Assembly (NCBI GenBank): GCA_021200565.1
Contig: JAJQGJ010000002.1
Span: 101,351-165,350 of the forward strand
Direction: 5' to 3'
Length of the DNA stretch: 64,000 nucleotides
Source: Oscillospiraceae bacterium
GTDB lineage: Bacteria > Bacillota > Clostridia > Oscillospirales > Ruminococcaceae
Shown: piece after piece, positions 62,051 through 64,000 of the stretch
Numbering within the stretch: position 1 is the first letter of the stretch
Layout: each line of letters opens with the position of its first letter
Translations under genes and position numbers: made by a program
The notes under the pieces: model-generated
What the model was told of the DNA's origin: nothing
Databases searched by the model: none
Seen by the model: the letters and a program-made list of their open reading frames with translations, nothing else

Positions 62051-63223
62051 ATGAACGATTTCATTTTCCACAATCCCGACAAGGTTTACTTCGGCAAGAG
62101 CCATCTTGGGAATCTGCCGGCAGAGCTCAAAGCTTTTGGAAGCAAGGTTCTTTTGGTCTACGGTGGCGGCTCTATCAAGCGTAACGGACTTTATGACGAG
62201 ATTGTCACTCTCTGCAAGGATAACGGCATCGAGCTCTTCGAGCTTTCCGGAGTTGAGCCGAACCCACGTCACTCCACCGCCAACAAGGGCGCAGAGATAT
62301 GCAAGCGTGAAGGCATCAACGTTGTCTTGGCAGCTGGCGGCGGCTCGACTATAGACTGTGCCAAGGGCGTTGCAGCAGCTGCTAAGACCCCCGACGGCGA
62401 CGTCTGGAAGCTCGTTTCCGGCGGAGTCTGGGTCACAGAAGCTCTTCCTCTGGTTGCAATTCTCACAAACGCCGCAACCGGCTCCGAAATGGACGCCTGG
62501 GCGGTCATCTCCAATATGGACACCAACGAAAAAATCGGTCTCGGCGGCTCGGCACTCATCCCGAAAGTTGCCTTCGAGAATCCCGAATATAGCTACACTC
62601 TCCCGTCCTATCAGACCGCATGCGGAGCGTTCGACATCTTCAATCACGCCTTGGATAACTACTATCTCGCAGGCGATGCCACTTTTGATCTCTTGCTTGA
62701 AATGCAGGAGGCAGTAATGCGCACAGTCGTCAAGTGGGCACCGATTGCTATGAACGAGCCCGAGAATTACGAGGCAAGAGCGAATCTCATGTGGGCATCA
62801 TCAATGGCTCTCAATACCATCCTCGATGGCGGAACGGTTCACGGCTGTGCCTGCCATGCAATGGAGCATGAGCTCTCCGCCTACTATGACATCACCCACG
62901 GTCACGGCTTGGCAATCCTCACTCCCCGCTGGCTCAGTTATATCCTGGATGAAGAGACCGCTCCCGCAATCTATCGTTTCGGCGTGACAGTTTTCGGAGT
63001 AGATTCAGGACTCGAACCGATGGACGGCGCAAAGAAAGCTATTGAAGCTTGTTCGAAATTCTGCTTCGAGACTCTGGGGCTCAAGCCGAACCTCAGTGAC
63101 CTTGGAATCGACACCACACACTTTAAGGCAATGGCTTCCCACGCCTGTGCCGGCGGAGTCATCACCGGACTTAAGAACCTCTCCCCCGCAGATGTCGAAA
63201 AAATCTACGAGATGTGCCTGTAA
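62051..63223 (+). CDS. Iron-containing alcohol dehydrogenase (butanol dehydrogenase/YqhD-like)
   Basis: Motifs LLVYGGGSIKRNG, AAGGGSTIDCAKG and HAMEHELSAYYDITHGHGLA. Confidence 0.88.
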   Translation: MNDFIFHNPDKVYFGKSHLGNLPAELKAFGSKVLLVYGGGSIKRNGLYDEIVTLCKDNGIELFELSGVEPNPRHSTANKGAEICKREGINVVLAAGGGSTIDCAKGVAAAAKTPDGDVWKLVSGGVWVTEALPLVAILTNAATGSEMDAWAVISNMDTNEKIGLGGSALIPKVAFENPEYSYTLPSYQTACGAFDIFNHALDNYYLAGDATFDLLLEMQEAVMRTVVKWAPIAMNEPENYEARANLMWASSMALNTILDGGTVHGCACHAMEHELSAYYDITHGHGLAILTPRWLSYILDEETAPAIYRFGVTVFGVDSGLEPMDGAKKAIEACSKFCFETLGLKPNLSDLGIDTTHFKAMASHACAGGVITGLKNLSPADVEKIYEMCL

Positions 63224-63250
63224 AATAGTTTATTCCACCATAAACAAAAG

Positions 63251-63281
63251 CCGACCGAGATTAATCCCGGTCGGTCTTTTT
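63251..63281 (+). terminator. Intrinsic terminator after the ADH gene
   Basis: CCGACCG-n10-CGGTCGG followed by TCTTTTT. It overlaps the 3' end of the convergent small ORF. Confidence 0.7.
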
Positions 63282-63497
63282 CGCATTAGTTGTATCACTC
63301 AGATCCACCTCAAGTGGCTTATCAATCTCTCGCATAAGTCCGCCATATCCGCCATTTTTCTTTCTTTGCCGGACACATTCAGTCAGGAGATATTCAATCT
63401 GCCCGTTGAGGGAGCGGAAATCGTCTTCAGCCCATGCGGCAAGGTCGCTATAGAGCTTCTCCGAAATCCTTAAAGGTACTGCTTTTTTATCAGCCAT
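63261..63497 (-). CDS. Arc/ribbon-helix-helix-like small DNA-binding protein
   Basis: 78 aa. The N-terminal [32 protein letters not shown] fits the beta-alpha-alpha RHH pattern. Confidence 0.5.
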   Translation of the reverse strand: MADKKAVPLRISEKLYSDLAAWAEDDFRSLNGQIEYLLTECVRQRKKNGGYGGLMREIDKPLEVDLSDTTNAKKTDRD

Positions 63498-63515
63498 CTA
63501 TCCATCATCCTAATT

Positions 63516-64000
63516 TTAATACAAGCTGCCGGAATTCACAATCGGCTGTGCGTCGTGATTGCCGCAGAGGACGACCAGGAGATTCGAGACCATTGCCGCC
63601 TTTCTCTCGTCATCCAGGTTCACAAGCCCGCCTTCGTTGATTCTCTCAAGAGCCATCTCGACCATGCCGACAGCTCCGTCAACAATCATCTTTCTTGCGT
63701 CAATAATTGCAGATGCCTGCTGGCGCTGGAGCATAACAGCCGCAATCTCGGGAGCATAGGCTAAATAGGTGATTCTCGCCTCGACAATCTCAAGACCGGC
63801 ATCGTCGACCCTCTGCTGAATTCTGTCCTTGATTCTTGCGGCGACAATCTCGCTCGAGCCTCTCAAGCTTCCCTCGTCGGCAATTCCGTCACCGGTAGTA
63901 TCTACGTTCGGAGCAACGTCATAAGGATACATCTTGACAATTTCTCTGAGTGCCGAGTCGCACTGGAGTGAAAGATACTCTTTGTAGTTATCGACGTTGA
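63516..64000 (-). CDS. SPFH/band-7 domain protein (5' end beyond window end)
   Basis: The frame stays open to the window edge. The C-terminal part (EIVEARITYLAYAPEIAAVMLQRQQASAIIDAR) is typical of the SPFH family. Confidence 0.65.
   Translation of the reverse strand, partial: NVDNYKEYLSLQCDSALREIVKMYPYDVAPNVDTTGDGIADEGSLRGSSEIVAARIKDRIQQRVDDAGLEIVEARITYLAYAPEIAAVMLQRQQASAIIDARKMIVDGAVGMVEMALERINEGGLVNLDDERKAAMVSNLLVVLCGNHDAQPIVNSGSLY

Noticed and set aside
63261-64000. RHH protein plus SPFH protein as a toxin-antitoxin or defence pair.
   Set aside because: No toxin-like partner is visible. The SPFH gene is truncated by the window edge and the RHH assignment is weak, so there is not enough evidence for a system call.

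Overview
This window looks like a chromosomal segment of a Gram-positive Clostridia-type bacterium. Supporting signs are an L27 with a Prp-cleaved N-terminal extension, an ecfA1-ecfA2-ecfT-truA block, and many near-consensus TTGACA-17-TATAAT promoters. An Oscillospiraceae/Ruminococcaceae-like origin is only a guess. Most genes lie on the minus strand. The housekeeping backbone is prmA, yebC, mrnC, obg, rpmA-prp-rplU, a clp ATPase, cvpA, truA, the ECF module, a glmM-like gene, ruvCAB, ung, secG and glgP. There are six tRNAs: Thr, a Val-Asp-Phe-Gly operon, and Ser. Accessory content: (i) an ~8 kb phage-like head, tail-tip and lysis module (47.9-55.9 kb) with no integrase, replication genes, tail tube or tape measure. 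It has a split portal 5' end and carries a host repeat inside it. (ii) A convergent small-toxin mRNA and antisense sRNA pair with type I TA architecture beside that module. (iii) An AT-rich islet 3' of tRNA-Ser with a Panacea-domain antitoxin coupled to a MazF/PemK-like ORF. (iv) A stand-alone PBECR4-like putative RNase preceded by a separately promoted ~220-nt structured RNA. (v) Three tandem paralogous TIGR02206/YwaF-like membrane proteins. (vi) Two convergent operons (methyltransferase plus Cys-rich ATC-hydrolase-like pairs, and a ZIP permease plus a His10 SGNH hydrolase) that share a promoter-proximal palindrome. (vii) Decayed Bro-N/DinD-like and RhuM-like genes. At least four families of GC-rich palindromic intergenic repeats are present. 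They generate many false ORFs and false N-terminal extensions in the six-frame track. No CRISPR array, rRNA, transposase or integrase was seen. All calls come from reading the sequence and translations by eye. No database search was run.
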